A stretch of 64,000 bases of DNA from a virus (Duplodnaviria > Caudoviricetes). Where the stretch lies: IMG/VR virus record IMGVR_UViG_3300028888_000067, positions 32,001 to 96,000 of that record; one strand, 5' to 3'. The notes beneath the pieces are model-generated. The model ran no database searches. It worked only from the letters and a program-made list of their open reading frames with translations, and was not told the DNA's origin. This document shows, piece by piece, positions 18,168 to 27,295 of this stretch. Positions within the stretch are counted from its first letter, which is position 1; each line of letters opens with the position of its first letter. A program made the position numbers and the translations under genes.

Positions 18168-18894
18168 CATTTCATGTGTAGTGGTTCCTGATGTGCACGG
18201 AAGACAGTTCTGGAAAGACGCAAAATACTATGACTGTGGCATCATATTCCTTGGTGACTATTTAGATCCCTATGGATTTGAAGGGATAAACAATGTGCAA
18301 GCACTGGACAATTTCAAAGAGATATTAGAATTCGCGAAAGCAAACAATAATGTGACACTGCTTCTCGGGAATCATGACTGTGAATACATGATAGGAACAT
18401 ATGTGTGTGAATGCCGCTGTGATTATTTCTACTTTGATGAAATCAGAAATCTGTTTTTAGAAAACAAGAATCTGTTCTCATTCGCGACAATTAGGCAATA
18501 TGGCAATGGGAAGCCCTATTTGTTCTCACATGCTGGATTCAATCTTGAGTGGGTGAAATACCATGACATTGTTATTGAAGACTTGTGTGACAAAGACTTT
18601 GAAACTGTAATGAATGAGCAGAAGAACTTCGATTCTGCACTTTCTGACATAAGCCGTTACAGAGGTGGCTACAACCTTGCGGGCTCTGTCGTGTGGTGCG
18701 ACATCGCTGAACATTTAGAAAGCAAAGAGAACGATGAAAACTATCACCAGATAATAGGGCACACTTACTTGAAACAGCACCCAGTAGGAAACAAATACGT
18801 CACTTGTGTGGATGCACGAAGAATATTCTTGATAGACTCAAATGGCAGTCTTCTAGAAAAAGACATGACGCCAATGCAGAAGATATCAATATAA
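18157..18894 (+). CDS. Calcineurin-like metallophosphoesterase
   Basis: DVHG, GDYLD, GNHD, SHAG, GHT motifs. Confidence 0.9.
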   Translation: MNNDISCVVVPDVHGRQFWKDAKYYDCGIIFLGDYLDPYGFEGINNVQALDNFKEILEFAKANNNVTLLLGNHDCEYMIGTYVCECRCDYFYFDEIRNLFLENKNLFSFATIRQYGNGKPYLFSHAGFNLEWVKYHDIVIEDLCDKDFETVMNEQKNFDSALSDISRYRGGYNLAGSVVWCDIAEHLESKENDENYHQIIGHTYLKQHPVGNKYVTCVDARRIFLIDSNGSLLEKDMTPMQKISI

Positions 18895-18904
18895 ATATAC
18901 TGTT

Positions 18905-19186
18905 ATGCTGAATGAATACAAACAGATAGAGCAGCAGCTTCGCGAATCATTGGACATGTGGGGAGAAGTGATGGTTGAGTCTAATGAAGCAGGCTGGGGA
19001 GCAAACATGGACTTCACCGCTGAGGATGCTTTCAACGCACTCAACATCATGAATTCGATATGTGCTAACATTGCTATAAAATCTGGCGTGATAAAAACCG
19101 AAAAAGATGTGAAACGCATTAGTTCAACAATATTGCATATGATGGAAGACTGCTTTGGATTAGTGTTTCCTGAGAAAAAAGATTGA
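18905..19186 (+). CDS. Hypothetical protein
   Basis: TATAAATA at 18890-18897 upstream. Confidence 0.6.
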   Translation: MLNEYKQIEQQLRESLDMWGEVMVESNEAGWGANMDFTAEDAFNALNIMNSICANIAIKSGVIKTEKDVKRISSTILHMMEDCFGLVFPEKKD

Positions 19187-19288
19187 TAGTATTGCAAAAA
19201 ATTGTAGAGAATTTATTATTTTGATATTGCAATTGTCCATTTGGACATCTTAAAAAAAATAAAAAACTTTAAAAAAATTGTAGTAATT

Positions 19289-20218
19289 ATGAGTAACTTA
19301 AAAGATTTGAATTTAGACGATTTGTTTAACATGAGCGGTTCAATCGAAAACTTTTCAACCGAACCCGCGAAGAAGAAAGTTGATGAGAATGTGTATTCCG
19401 TCAATCTTGCTGATGCCACAGATGGCGTCTACCGCGCAAAAGTGCGTTTCCTCCCCAACATCAGGAACATGAAGAAATCCGTCATCAGCAAGTACAATTA
19501 CTGGCTTACTGACGCAAACGGAGAGAACGGAATCTTTGTAGATGACCCGAGCACTATTGGCGAAAAGTCACCCATTGGCGACTTGTTCTGGAAACTTAAA
19601 AAGTCAAGCAACCCGATTGATGTGAACCTTTCCGACAAGCTGAAACGCGGCCGCAGATTTTTCTCACTTGTGCAGATTGTTGAAGACAACCAGCACAAAG
19701 AGTATGAGGGCAAAATCATGGTGTTTGGCTATGGCATCAAAATCAAAGAGAAAATCGATGCCGAGTTCAATGATGTTGACGAGGGCGGCAACCCGTTTGA
19801 CTTGTTCAATGGTAGAATCTTCAGACTTGAAGTGAAGAAAGTCGGTGGATTCCAGAACTATGACTCTTGCAGATTCATCGGTGGAAGTTCTCCAATCGTC
19901 GTCGATGGCATGAAGATGACCTCATCAAAAGAAGACAAAGCCAAAATCGTCGACTATCTTGAGACTTCTCCTGATCTCAGCGAATATGAATTCAAGCCGT
20001 GGAGCGCTGAATTGAGAGAGCAAGTCGATGAAAGACTTAGAACATTCAAGAGTGGCGGCAGATCAAGTGTTCCCACTGCGGCAGCTGCACCCACCAAAAA
20101 CACTGTTGTAGAGAAAGCCATTTCTCAAGACACTTACGAAGAGGAAGATGCAGTTGAAGAAAAGTCTTCTAAATCAGATTCGTTTGACGATGACTTCCTA
20201 GCTGGCATAGATTTATAA
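19289..20218 (+). CDS. T4 gp32-like single-stranded DNA-binding protein (start corrected)
   Basis: KVRFLP, G.KIKEKI, NPFDLFNG..F.L..KKVGGFQNYD.C.F, acidic tail DDDFLAGIDL. Confidence 0.9.
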   Translation: MSNLKDLNLDDLFNMSGSIENFSTEPAKKKVDENVYSVNLADATDGVYRAKVRFLPNIRNMKKSVISKYNYWLTDANGENGIFVDDPSTIGEKSPIGDLFWKLKKSSNPIDVNLSDKLKRGRRFFSLVQIVEDNQHKEYEGKIMVFGYGIKIKEKIDAEFNDVDEGGNPFDLFNGRIFRLEVKKVGGFQNYDSCRFIGGSSPIVVDGMKMTSSKEDKAKIVDYLETSPDLSEYEFKPWSAELREQVDERLRTFKSGGRSSVPTAAAAPTKNTVVEKAISQDTYEEEDAVEEKSSKSDSFDDDFLAGIDL

Positions 20219-20226
20219 TAACTAAC

Positions 20227-20244
20227 GGGGGACTCAAGTCCCCC
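20227..20244 (+). terminator. GC-rich hairpin after gp32 (terminator or RNA-stability element)
   Basis: GGGGGAC-TCAA-GTCCCCC; weak T-tail. Confidence 0.55.
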
Positions 20245-20260
20245 TTCAATTCAATTTAAT

Positions 20261-20890
20261 ATGGACGACAATAAAGAAAAAACTATTTCTGAAGAAGTTG
20301 TGGAGACTCCAAAGCCAAAGAAAAGTGAACTTATCAAAGAGCAGATCGCACTTGAGAAACAGTACACTACTGAGTCAAACGCAATGATTGAGCAGACCTA
20401 CAGTGTCAAGGTTGGCACCAAAGGAAACTTTGACCGTTTGATGAAATATATCGAACATGATGCCGAATTTGATCATTCTACTGCTACTGGCATCGCTTTG
20501 CTGTTTTCTAATCTGAAACAACAGAAGCCATTCACCAGAAAAGATGACTGGAACGGAAGCATTCTGCTGAAGACTTCAAGCTGCCTTATCTTGTGGAAGA
20601 GTCTCATGTCATACAAAGGCAAGGGATTCTATGAAGCAAAAAGCTTCCTTGAGACTATCCAGCTGATTGGCCCCGAACTGTCAAAAGCAGTGAACACTAT
20701 TGACGAGAAAAACGTTGCTTTGCGCGGGCTTCATAACCGTCTCAACGAAATCGACAACATTCTTGATGCTGGCGAGTTTGAGAATGACTTGACTGAAGAA
20801 GAAGAGAAAGCATTGCTTGAAGAGTCATCTTCTGTGATCAAGACAGAACAAGCGATTGAGAACGAAGTGAATCCTGAAGTCGAAGTGTAA
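20261..20890 (+). CDS. Hypothetical protein
   Basis: 209-aa ORF followed by a terminator. Confidence 0.7.
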   Translation: MDDNKEKTISEEVVETPKPKKSELIKEQIALEKQYTTESNAMIEQTYSVKVGTKGNFDRLMKYIEHDAEFDHSTATGIALLFSNLKQQKPFTRKDDWNGSILLKTSSCLILWKSLMSYKGKGFYEAKSFLETIQLIGPELSKAVNTIDEKNVALRGLHNRLNEIDNILDAGEFENDLTEEEEKALLEESSSVIKTEQAIENEVNPEVEV

Positions 20891-20918
20891 TTTGCTGGTA
20901 ATATTTTGTCATAAGATG

Positions 20919-20955
20919 ATAAGGCACGGTTTTTCAAGTCGTGCCTTATTTTTTT
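20919..20955 (+). terminator. Intrinsic terminator
   Basis: ATAAGGCACG...CGTGCCTTAT followed by a T-run. Confidence 0.8.
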
Positions 20956-20961
20956 GCGAGT

Positions 20962-20975
20962 TTTTGTTATATTAA
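20962..20975 (+). promoter_or_regulatory. TTTTGTTATATTAA promoter-like motif
   Basis: Exact 14-mer after a terminator, 24 nt before ATG 21000. Confidence 0.7.
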
Positions 20976-20999
20976 ATTGTAACCTTAAAGAATACCGAT

Positions 21000-21353
21000 A
21001 TGAATCTTAAAGAATTAGTGAAGCAAGCAAATGAACTCGCAGGCAGAAAGATTGTCGCAAGAGAATTCACATTACTGAGTGTCAAGCCCAAAGATGCTTA
21101 TGGCTATGTCGGAGCAACCATTGAGATTGATGGCTTAAAGTACAAGGGCTCTTTCAAAGAAAACGGCTACCTTTGGCACGTGACTTATGGGGAATCTGGT
21201 GACCAGTTCAACCCTGTCTTGACAGATGAGCAAGCAGCAGAGTTCTATGAATTCCTGTGCGAGCAACTTCACGAAGAAGAACTGAAATTCTGGACCGAAC
21301 AGAAAGCTACAGCTGAAAAACGTCTCGCTGAGCTGGAAAACGATAAAAAGTAA
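21000..21353 (+). CDS. Hypothetical protein
   Basis: ORF after the 14-mer motif. Confidence 0.65.
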   Translation: MNLKELVKQANELAGRKIVAREFTLLSVKPKDAYGYVGATIEIDGLKYKGSFKENGYLWHVTYGESGDQFNPVLTDEQAAEFYEFLCEQLHEEELKFWTEQKATAEKRLAELENDKK

Positions 21354-21389
21354 TCCAGCTTTTATTATTTGTTTATAAAATATAATGAT

Positions 21390-22226
21390 ATGAGCAAAGA
21401 TAAAGACTCTCTTGGCGACAGAATGAAATGCTATGAAAGAGTGCCGCAGTTGCAGTTGACACGAAGGACTCCCGTCATCATCAGGATTGACGGCAAAGCT
21501 TTCCACACATTTACCAAGGGTTTCAACAGACCTTATGATGTCGTGCTTTCAAACGCAATGATCCGCACAATGAAAGACTTGTGCAGGAACATCCAGGGCT
21601 GTGTGTTTGGATATACGCAATCAGATGAAATCACACTTGTGCTGGTTGACTACAAGACGCTTGACAGCTGTGCGTGGTTCGACAACAAAGTGCAGAAAAT
21701 ATGCAGTGTTGCTGCGTCTATGGCAACCGCTTATTTCAATAAAAATTTCACTGACGAAGTGGACAGATTTCACGGATCTATGTTGGATGATGAAACCCAT
21801 TATTTCACAAGGAAATATCGTATGTCCGACACATCTAAAGCAATAAGCCTTTATGCAAACTACACAAAGGCGACAAAAAAGTCTGCGATGTTTGACGCAA
21901 GATGTTTCAACATACCCAAAGAAGAAGTGTGCAACTGCATCTTGTGGAGACAGCAAGACGCGACACGCAATTCAGTTGAAATGCTGGGGCGTGCTTATTT
22001 CTCTGACAAAGAACTGTTCAAGAAGAACTGTTCTAACATACAAGACATGCTGATGGAGAAACACAATGTGAACTGGAATGACGTGGATACTCGTTTCAAA
22101 AGAGGCACAGCTTGTTTCAAGGATGTCGATGACGATGGACATTCTTTCTGGGTAATTGACTTCGATATGCCAGTCATCACTCAGAATCGTGATTATATAG
22201 AGAAACATGTTTTTGTTGGTGAATAA
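21390..22226 (+). CDS. thg1: tRNA(His) guanylyltransferase Thg1-like 3'-5' polymerase
   Basis: LGDRMK.YE, IRIDGKAFHTFT, YTQSDEI, FDAR, WRQQDATRNS. Confidence 0.92.
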   Translation: MSKDKDSLGDRMKCYERVPQLQLTRRTPVIIRIDGKAFHTFTKGFNRPYDVVLSNAMIRTMKDLCRNIQGCVFGYTQSDEITLVLVDYKTLDSCAWFDNKVQKICSVAASMATAYFNKNFTDEVDRFHGSMLDDETHYFTRKYRMSDTSKAISLYANYTKATKKSAMFDARCFNIPKEEVCNCILWRQQDATRNSVEMLGRAYFSDKELFKKNCSNIQDMLMEKHNVNWNDVDTRFKRGTACFKDVDDDGHSFWVIDFDMPVITQNRDYIEKHVFVGE

Positions 22227-22238
22227 AAAACAACTGTC

Positions 22239-22640
22239 ATGCTCAATGAAGAATTACTTGACGAAAAAGACAAGAAAATCGCACAACTTGAGATTCTCAT
22301 AAAGAGATTCAAAGCATATGACAAGAAACGTATGGAATATGTGCGTGGTCTTGAATCCAGATACAATGAACTCAAATCGCAGTTTGATGAAGAAGGCAAT
22401 CTAGACACGGCCAGACGGCTTAAAGAACTGCAGAAAGGGTTTGATACAGTGAACAAGAAACTTGCAATCGCGACATATCCAGAATACATAGATGAATACA
22501 ACGAAGACATGCTCAACAATGCATACAAGTTTGTCAATATGAAAAAGCAGATCAGACAGTTGCAAGAAAAAGTGAAATCGCAAAGCAAGGAGATCAGTAG
22601 TCTCGTTTACAAATTAGTGCAAAGCAATGAAACCATATGA
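22239..22640 (+). CDS. Coiled-coil hypothetical protein
   Basis: Operonic ORF. Confidence 0.6.
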   Translation: MLNEELLDEKDKKIAQLEILIKRFKAYDKKRMEYVRGLESRYNELKSQFDEEGNLDTARRLKELQKGFDTVNKKLAIATYPEYIDEYNEDMLNNAYKFVNMKKQIRQLQEKVKSQSKEISSLVYKLVQSNETI

Positions 22641-23082
22641 TGACAGCAAGATAATAGAAGCTAATGCCGGTCTTGAGAAGACATTCAGAGAAGAAAGAGA
22701 GAAATGGCAGGGCTGGGTGACGACACTTGTAGAAAGCATACGTTTTTCAGACAAGTTGACTGACGCGATGGTGATGGGTCTCTCGTACAGGCAGCAGATT
22801 GTAGAGAAAATCGCTTATTACCGGCAGATATTGTACAAGAGAAAATCTCAGTATGATGTGCTGAAAGCCGACCGTTACCGCAAATACACGATTGAAGGTG
22901 ATCTGAAGATGACTGGCTCAGAAAAGAATGAAGCTGTCTCTGCCGACTTGACTTCAGTGAGTTACCAAATCAATCTGCTGCAAAGCCAGATTGAGTACCT
23001 GTCTGACACTAACCAGACTTTGACGAATCTCCAGTTCGCGATAAAGAACAAAATCACAATCATCACAGAAGAATTGATGTGA
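22627..23082 (+). CDS. UvsY-like recombination mediator
   Basis: 151-aa helical protein, Y..Y...EK...V.AD pattern and C-terminal FAIKN.I like T4 UvsY; gp32 and UvsX in the same window. Confidence 0.6.
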   Translation: MKPYDDSKIIEANAGLEKTFREEREKWQGWVTTLVESIRFSDKLTDAMVMGLSYRQQIVEKIAYYRQILYKRKSQYDVLKADRYRKYTIEGDLKMTGSEKNEAVSADLTSVSYQINLLQSQIEYLSDTNQTLTNLQFAIKNKITIITEELM

Positions 23083-23525
23083 TGAAACACGCAAGAAAAA
23101 TAAAGCATCTGTATCACCTGTCAGACAGAAACCACGACGGTGAAGTGTTTGCCCCGAGAGTGCCAGCAAGTATTGCTCAGCATGAAAACTCATCTGTCAA
23201 GAGAGTCTGCTTTTCTACAACGATGTCAGGCGCGTTCAAGGCGATAAGCCAATGCTATTATGACCATATACAGAAACTTTATATCCATGTTCCAGAATCT
23301 ATGCCAGAAAAAATACTGAAACCAGATGAATATGATGTGTATGATGTGGAACTGACTAAAGAGAAATGGGTGATAGAAAAAGTGAAGATGAAATGCATCG
23401 GATGTGCTATATTCAGAGGATACGAACACGATGATGACGAGATACCAGCAAAAGTGAACATACAATGGATTGAAAAATACAATCAGGATGAAACTCAAAA
23501 AAGTAAGAGCAAAAGAAACCGATAA
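23082..23525 (+). CDS. Hypothetical protein, possible ADP-ribosyltransferase-like fold
   Basis: LYHLS, FAPRVP, RVCFS, TKEKW motif order. Confidence 0.45.
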   Translation: MKHARKIKHLYHLSDRNHDGEVFAPRVPASIAQHENSSVKRVCFSTTMSGAFKAISQCYYDHIQKLYIHVPESMPEKILKPDEYDVYDVELTKEKWVIEKVKMKCIGCAIFRGYEHDDDEIPAKVNIQWIEKYNQDETQKSKSKRNR

Positions 23526-23895
23526 TGGCAAATGGGTGTTTGGCTGGCTCTATCACAAAGACCAGTCTGATGTTGTCGTCGCAGTCACTTCGAGCAATGT
23601 GGCATCATATATTGATTTAGTTCACGACAAATACAAGAAGCTGGTTGTAGTTGATGAATCTACTTTATGTGACTTCACTGGCAAAAAAGACTGCAACGGC
23701 AATGACATATATGTGAATGACGTCTTCAATGACGGAACGAGTGTCGTGAAGCAGACTGGTGACTTATATGTGATACAGACAGTGTGCGGGACATTCCCGC
23801 TTGTCAATACAAATCTTGAATATCTTAGGGTCACTGGCAATATTATAGATAATCCAGAAAAAATCTTTAAGCCGAGATCTATGCAGGCTTACTGA
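23488..23895 (+). CDS. YopX-family protein
   Basis: RAK..NGKWVFG, TL..FTGKKD.NG.DIY..D, V.GNI.DNPE. Confidence 0.75.
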   Translation: MKLKKVRAKETDNGKWVFGWLYHKDQSDVVVAVTSSNVASYIDLVHDKYKKLVVVDESTLCDFTGKKDCNGNDIYVNDVFNDGTSVVKQTGDLYVIQTVCGTFPLVNTNLEYLRVTGNIIDNPEKIFKPRSMQAY

Positions 23896-23917
23896 TGAGA
23901 TGATGGTTTTTTGGTTT

Positions 23918-23945
23918 GGGCCGGATTGTTAGTCCGGCCCTTTTT
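23918..23945 (+). terminator. Intrinsic terminator
   Basis: GGGCCGGA-TTGTTAG-TCCGGCCC-TTTTT. Confidence 0.85.
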
Positions 23946-23951
23946 GCAATT

Positions 23952-23959
23952 TATAAATA
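23952..23959 (+). promoter_or_regulatory. Late promoter TATAAATA
   Basis: Between the terminator and ATG 23979. Confidence 0.7.
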
Positions 23960-23978
23960 ACAAAAGCATTGTTGAACC

Positions 23979-24464
23979 ATGAATATATTGCAGCTTAATG
24001 ATTTTGTTTCTGAACGTATGAAAGTGAAGCCAGTCACCAATGCAGAATGGGAAAAAGCTCAGAAAGAATATAAAAATCTTAAAAATTTGCCATTCACTAA
24101 AGATTTGCCATTCACTAAAGACAGTATCACCTGTGGAACGATAGTCATGTTTAGTGATGGAACTTTAGGCGTGTATATGGATGGCGCCATTTCGCATACA
24201 ATATCAGTCTTTTTTGGTAAAAACAGACACGGCAAAGCGTTTTATTTGACTATCCCTAATGCGACTCGTATCGACTCATCCACATTGCTTGACTCAGATA
24301 ACTTTACGAATGACCTGAAACTTCATGTAAACAAAGAACTCTATATTATTAGAATATACAACAACGCTATCACACTAGATGAGATGAAATCATTGGCTAA
24401 TGATGATTTCTATTCTGTTATTGAAAAAATGGCTAAAGATAGAACATATATAGAAAGACAATAA
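23979..24464 (+). CDS. Leader-family protein, cargo type D
   Basis: MNILQLNDFVSERMKVKPVTNAEW; FTKD.ITCGTIVMF shared with 24467. Confidence 0.85.
   Translation: MNILQLNDFVSERMKVKPVTNAEWEKAQKEYKNLKNLPFTKDLPFTKDSITCGTIVMFSDGTLGVYMDGAISHTISVFFGKNRHGKAFYLTIPNATRIDSSTLLDSDNFTNDLKLHVNKELYIIRIYNNAITLDEMKSLANDDFYSVIEKMAKDRTYIERQ
24085..24120. repeat. 18-bp exact in-frame tandem duplication
   Basis: ATTTGCCATTCACTAAAG x2. Confidence 0.9.
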
Positions 24465-24466
24465 AC

Positions 24467-24937
24467 ATGAAAATATTAAAGACATATGATTTCATTTCTG
24501 AACGAATGAAGTTCAAGCCAGTGACTAATACAGAATGGGAGCAAGCAAAAAAAGATATAGAAAATCTTAAAAATTTGTCATTCACTAAAGACTGCATCAC
24601 TTGTGGGACTATAGTTATGTTCAGAGATAAAACTTTTGGCGTGTATGTAGATGGTGACATTGCAAAAGAAATACGAGAGCATTTCAGAATATTTGAGGCT
24701 AGAACTAGTTTTTTCTTATGCTCTACGTCTAAAGATGATATTAACTTTACATATTGTAGCTTTGATAATATTAATGATAAGTTGTTTCACCATCTGCTTG
24801 CTGATATAGACATTGTCAGGATTTATGAAAACCCACTTACAATAGATGAAATAAAATCATTTGAAACTAATTTCAAGCAGGCGTACACTAATCTTGTGGA
24901 TATGGCTAAATCCAGAAAATATATAGAAAGAAAATAA
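24467..24937 (+). CDS. Leader-family protein, cargo type D
   Basis: MKILKTYDFISERMKFKPVTNTEW. Confidence 0.85.
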   Translation: MKILKTYDFISERMKFKPVTNTEWEQAKKDIENLKNLSFTKDCITCGTIVMFRDKTFGVYVDGDIAKEIREHFRIFEARTSFFLCSTSKDDINFTYCSFDNINDKLFHHLLADIDIVRIYENPLTIDEIKSFETNFKQAYTNLVDMAKSRKYIERK

Positions 24938-26850
24938 TGGTACAAGGGCAAAGCACATCAGCGAACAATGACCAGCTTCTAATAAGTCTAAAATCTCCAT
25001 ACAAGAATCTTGTGGAGATTTCAGGCTTCAACTATTCCGTGAAAGGCGAAACAGACACTCTCTATTATCAGAAAGATTTTCGCTGGTCTACTGATGGGAT
25101 TCTGTACAATGACTGGCAGCCACTTGACAACGAGCATATCAAAAAGATACTGCTGAATCCAGAAAAAGATTTCTGGCCACAATACCGTTTCACTCAAATT
25201 GGCGATGGCGAACTTGAGTTTGAAAGCATATCTTTAGAAACGACAAGCATAGACGGCCTTATGACTGAAATACCAATGTGCGGAGTGAACGACAACAGCA
25301 CTTGCTGCGGCCAGCAGAATCTCGTCTTCGAATGCTGTGAGGGCGGGTTCAACCCTTATGCGCTCGGCAACTCGTCTGCAATATACACTCAGATATCTCA
25401 AGTCGTCTCTAACATGTTTGGCTTCTGTGTGCAGTATTTCAAGACAAGTGCCGACCAACGTTCAAGGGACATCATACTTCATGAATACTCTCTATTGAAT
25501 GTCATACAAGACGGCAACATAAAAATCGTCATTCCAGACAACCAGCTTCCCACAAGAGAAATCAACTTCAACCCATTGATGATGGACTATCCCACTGTGT
25601 TTGAAGTGCATATCGTGAAAGCTCCGTTCAGGCAAGTGTTCGGGCAAGACGCGAAGCCAGAAGTCGGCGACTATCTATATTTTGAACAGTACATGAACAA
25701 GATGTATGAGATAAGTGCTACTTCTGAGACCGATGACTACCTCTACAGTGGAGCATACTGGAGAGTGAGCTTGTCACAGTACCAGAAACGCAGCGCAGTC
25801 AAGTTCGACACTGAAGAGCTTGAAGAGACTGTGGACACGCTGGTATTCAACACTGACAAGTTCAACATAGAGTCACTCGAGCAAGAGGCTGATGTGCGCA
25901 AGCCAGAACAGTACAACACAGTCGGCAAGCTTGAGAATGACTATGTGAGACGGATACTTGACAAGAGACTGAAGATTGAAACTGAAAACATATACAACAA
26001 CTGGACAGTTATATCTAAATCTCATTATGCATTGAAGTCTGTTCCTGAGAGATCTGATGTAGTCGTTTACAGATACGACAAAGGCTGGGGAGCATCTGAT
26101 GAGAGAATGATAACGATGTGGTTCAGGCCAAAATACAACAAAGAGAAAACCGCTACTATAAATGTTGGAGAACTTATGGAGTATGATGGCAAACTTGCTA
26201 TATTCGTCGGCAATCCAGCAGCAGTCATAAAGCCAGGAGACTTGGTGAACCTCAATGGGACAGACTACCCGAAAATGGTCCGTGTGGAATATGTCAAAGA
26301 CGGTGTCTTGTACACGAATGTGAGATTTAGAGACAACTGCATGTACAACGCGACTTTGAGTCCATATTCTACAGCGACACTGCTTTCTTCAATGGGTGGC
26401 TTTGACATGTCATTCACAGCAAACAATGTAGTGGTATCAACAAACAACAAAGATGTAGTGTTTGAACTTGGAAACAAAAATGAGTCTGTTCTCAAAGCAG
26501 ACCAATGGTATGGCATAGTTGTCATGTTCAAGCCTGCTGACAGCAAATGCGGACTGTGGGTGTATTCACTTAGCCAGGGCTCGAACAATCTGAGAAACAT
26601 GGATTCTGAACTTTCATTGGTATACTACAAGATGAAAGAAGCCACAGGCCTCACATGTCCTGATGGAGCATGGATGCTGAAGTCCGGACAAGTCGACATC
26701 ACTAACATAAGGATATGGAACCAACTGTGCGAAGAATCACTACACAACTTGATACTTTCGCAATATGTGGTGAAGGACAGCCACCTCTGCGAACTTGTAG
26801 ACAATGCACAACCCGAACTGATGGTCGACAAAGTCACCAATCCAAGATAA
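24937..26850 (+). CDS. Virion protein with T4 gp14-like neck domain plus extra domains
   Basis: F..VFG...KPEVGDYLYF....KMYEI resembles the gp14 P.EGDLIYF...LFEI motif; late operon. Confidence 0.5.
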   Translation: MVQGQSTSANNDQLLISLKSPYKNLVEISGFNYSVKGETDTLYYQKDFRWSTDGILYNDWQPLDNEHIKKILLNPEKDFWPQYRFTQIGDGELEFESISLETTSIDGLMTEIPMCGVNDNSTCCGQQNLVFECCEGGFNPYALGNSSAIYTQISQVVSNMFGFCVQYFKTSADQRSRDIILHEYSLLNVIQDGNIKIVIPDNQLPTREINFNPLMMDYPTVFEVHIVKAPFRQVFGQDAKPEVGDYLYFEQYMNKMYEISATSETDDYLYSGAYWRVSLSQYQKRSAVKFDTEELEETVDTLVFNTDKFNIESLEQEADVRKPEQYNTVGKLENDYVRRILDKRLKIETENIYNNWTVISKSHYALKSVPERSDVVVYRYDKGWGASDERMITMWFRPKYNKEKTATINVGELMEYDGKLAIFVGNPAAVIKPGDLVNLNGTDYPKMVRVEYVKDGVLYTNVRFRDNCMYNATLSPYSTATLLSSMGGFDMSFTANNVVVSTNNKDVVFELGNKNESVLKADQWYGIVVMFKPADSKCGLWVYSLSQGSNNLRNMDSELSLVYYKMKEATGLTCPDGAWMLKSGQVDITNIRIWNQLCEESLHNLILSQYVVKDSHLCELVDNAQPELMVDKVTNPR

Positions 26851-26854
26851 TGAA

Positions 26855-27220
26855 AAAGTTTTTTCATCGTAACTTGTTATTATATAATTCATTAGATGAA
26901 AAACATTCAAAATCTGGATTATATCTAAATAATGGAGGAAATTTTCTTTTTAGATGACTTTAGAATGACTTTAGATTTTGGAGAGCTCTGGAGCTTGAAG
27001 CAATCTAGATAATATTAAGCAATTTATGACTTTGATTTAAATGTTTAAAGTTTTTTCATCATAACTTGTTATTATATAATTCATTAGATGAAAAACATTC
27101 AAAATCTGGATTATATCTAAATAATGGAGGGAATTTTCTTTTTAGATGACTTTAGAATGACTTCAGATTTGAAAGCTCTAGAACTTAAAGTAATCTAGAT
27201 GACATCTAGTGAATTTATAA
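26855..27220. repeat. Intergenic tandem direct repeat, 2 copies, period 192 bp
   Basis: AAAGTTTTTTCATC.TAACTTGTTATTATATAATTCATTAGATGAAAAACATTC... at 26855 and 27047; first ~120 bp nearly identical. Confidence 0.92.
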
Positions 27221-27295
27221 ATCATTTAATATAATTATATATCTGAGACAAGAAAGTGTCATAGATGTCATTAGATGAAACCACAGTTGTTTATA

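Noticed and set aside
26855-27220. CRISPR array
   Set aside because: Only two long copies, no short repeat with unique spacers, and no cas genes seen.
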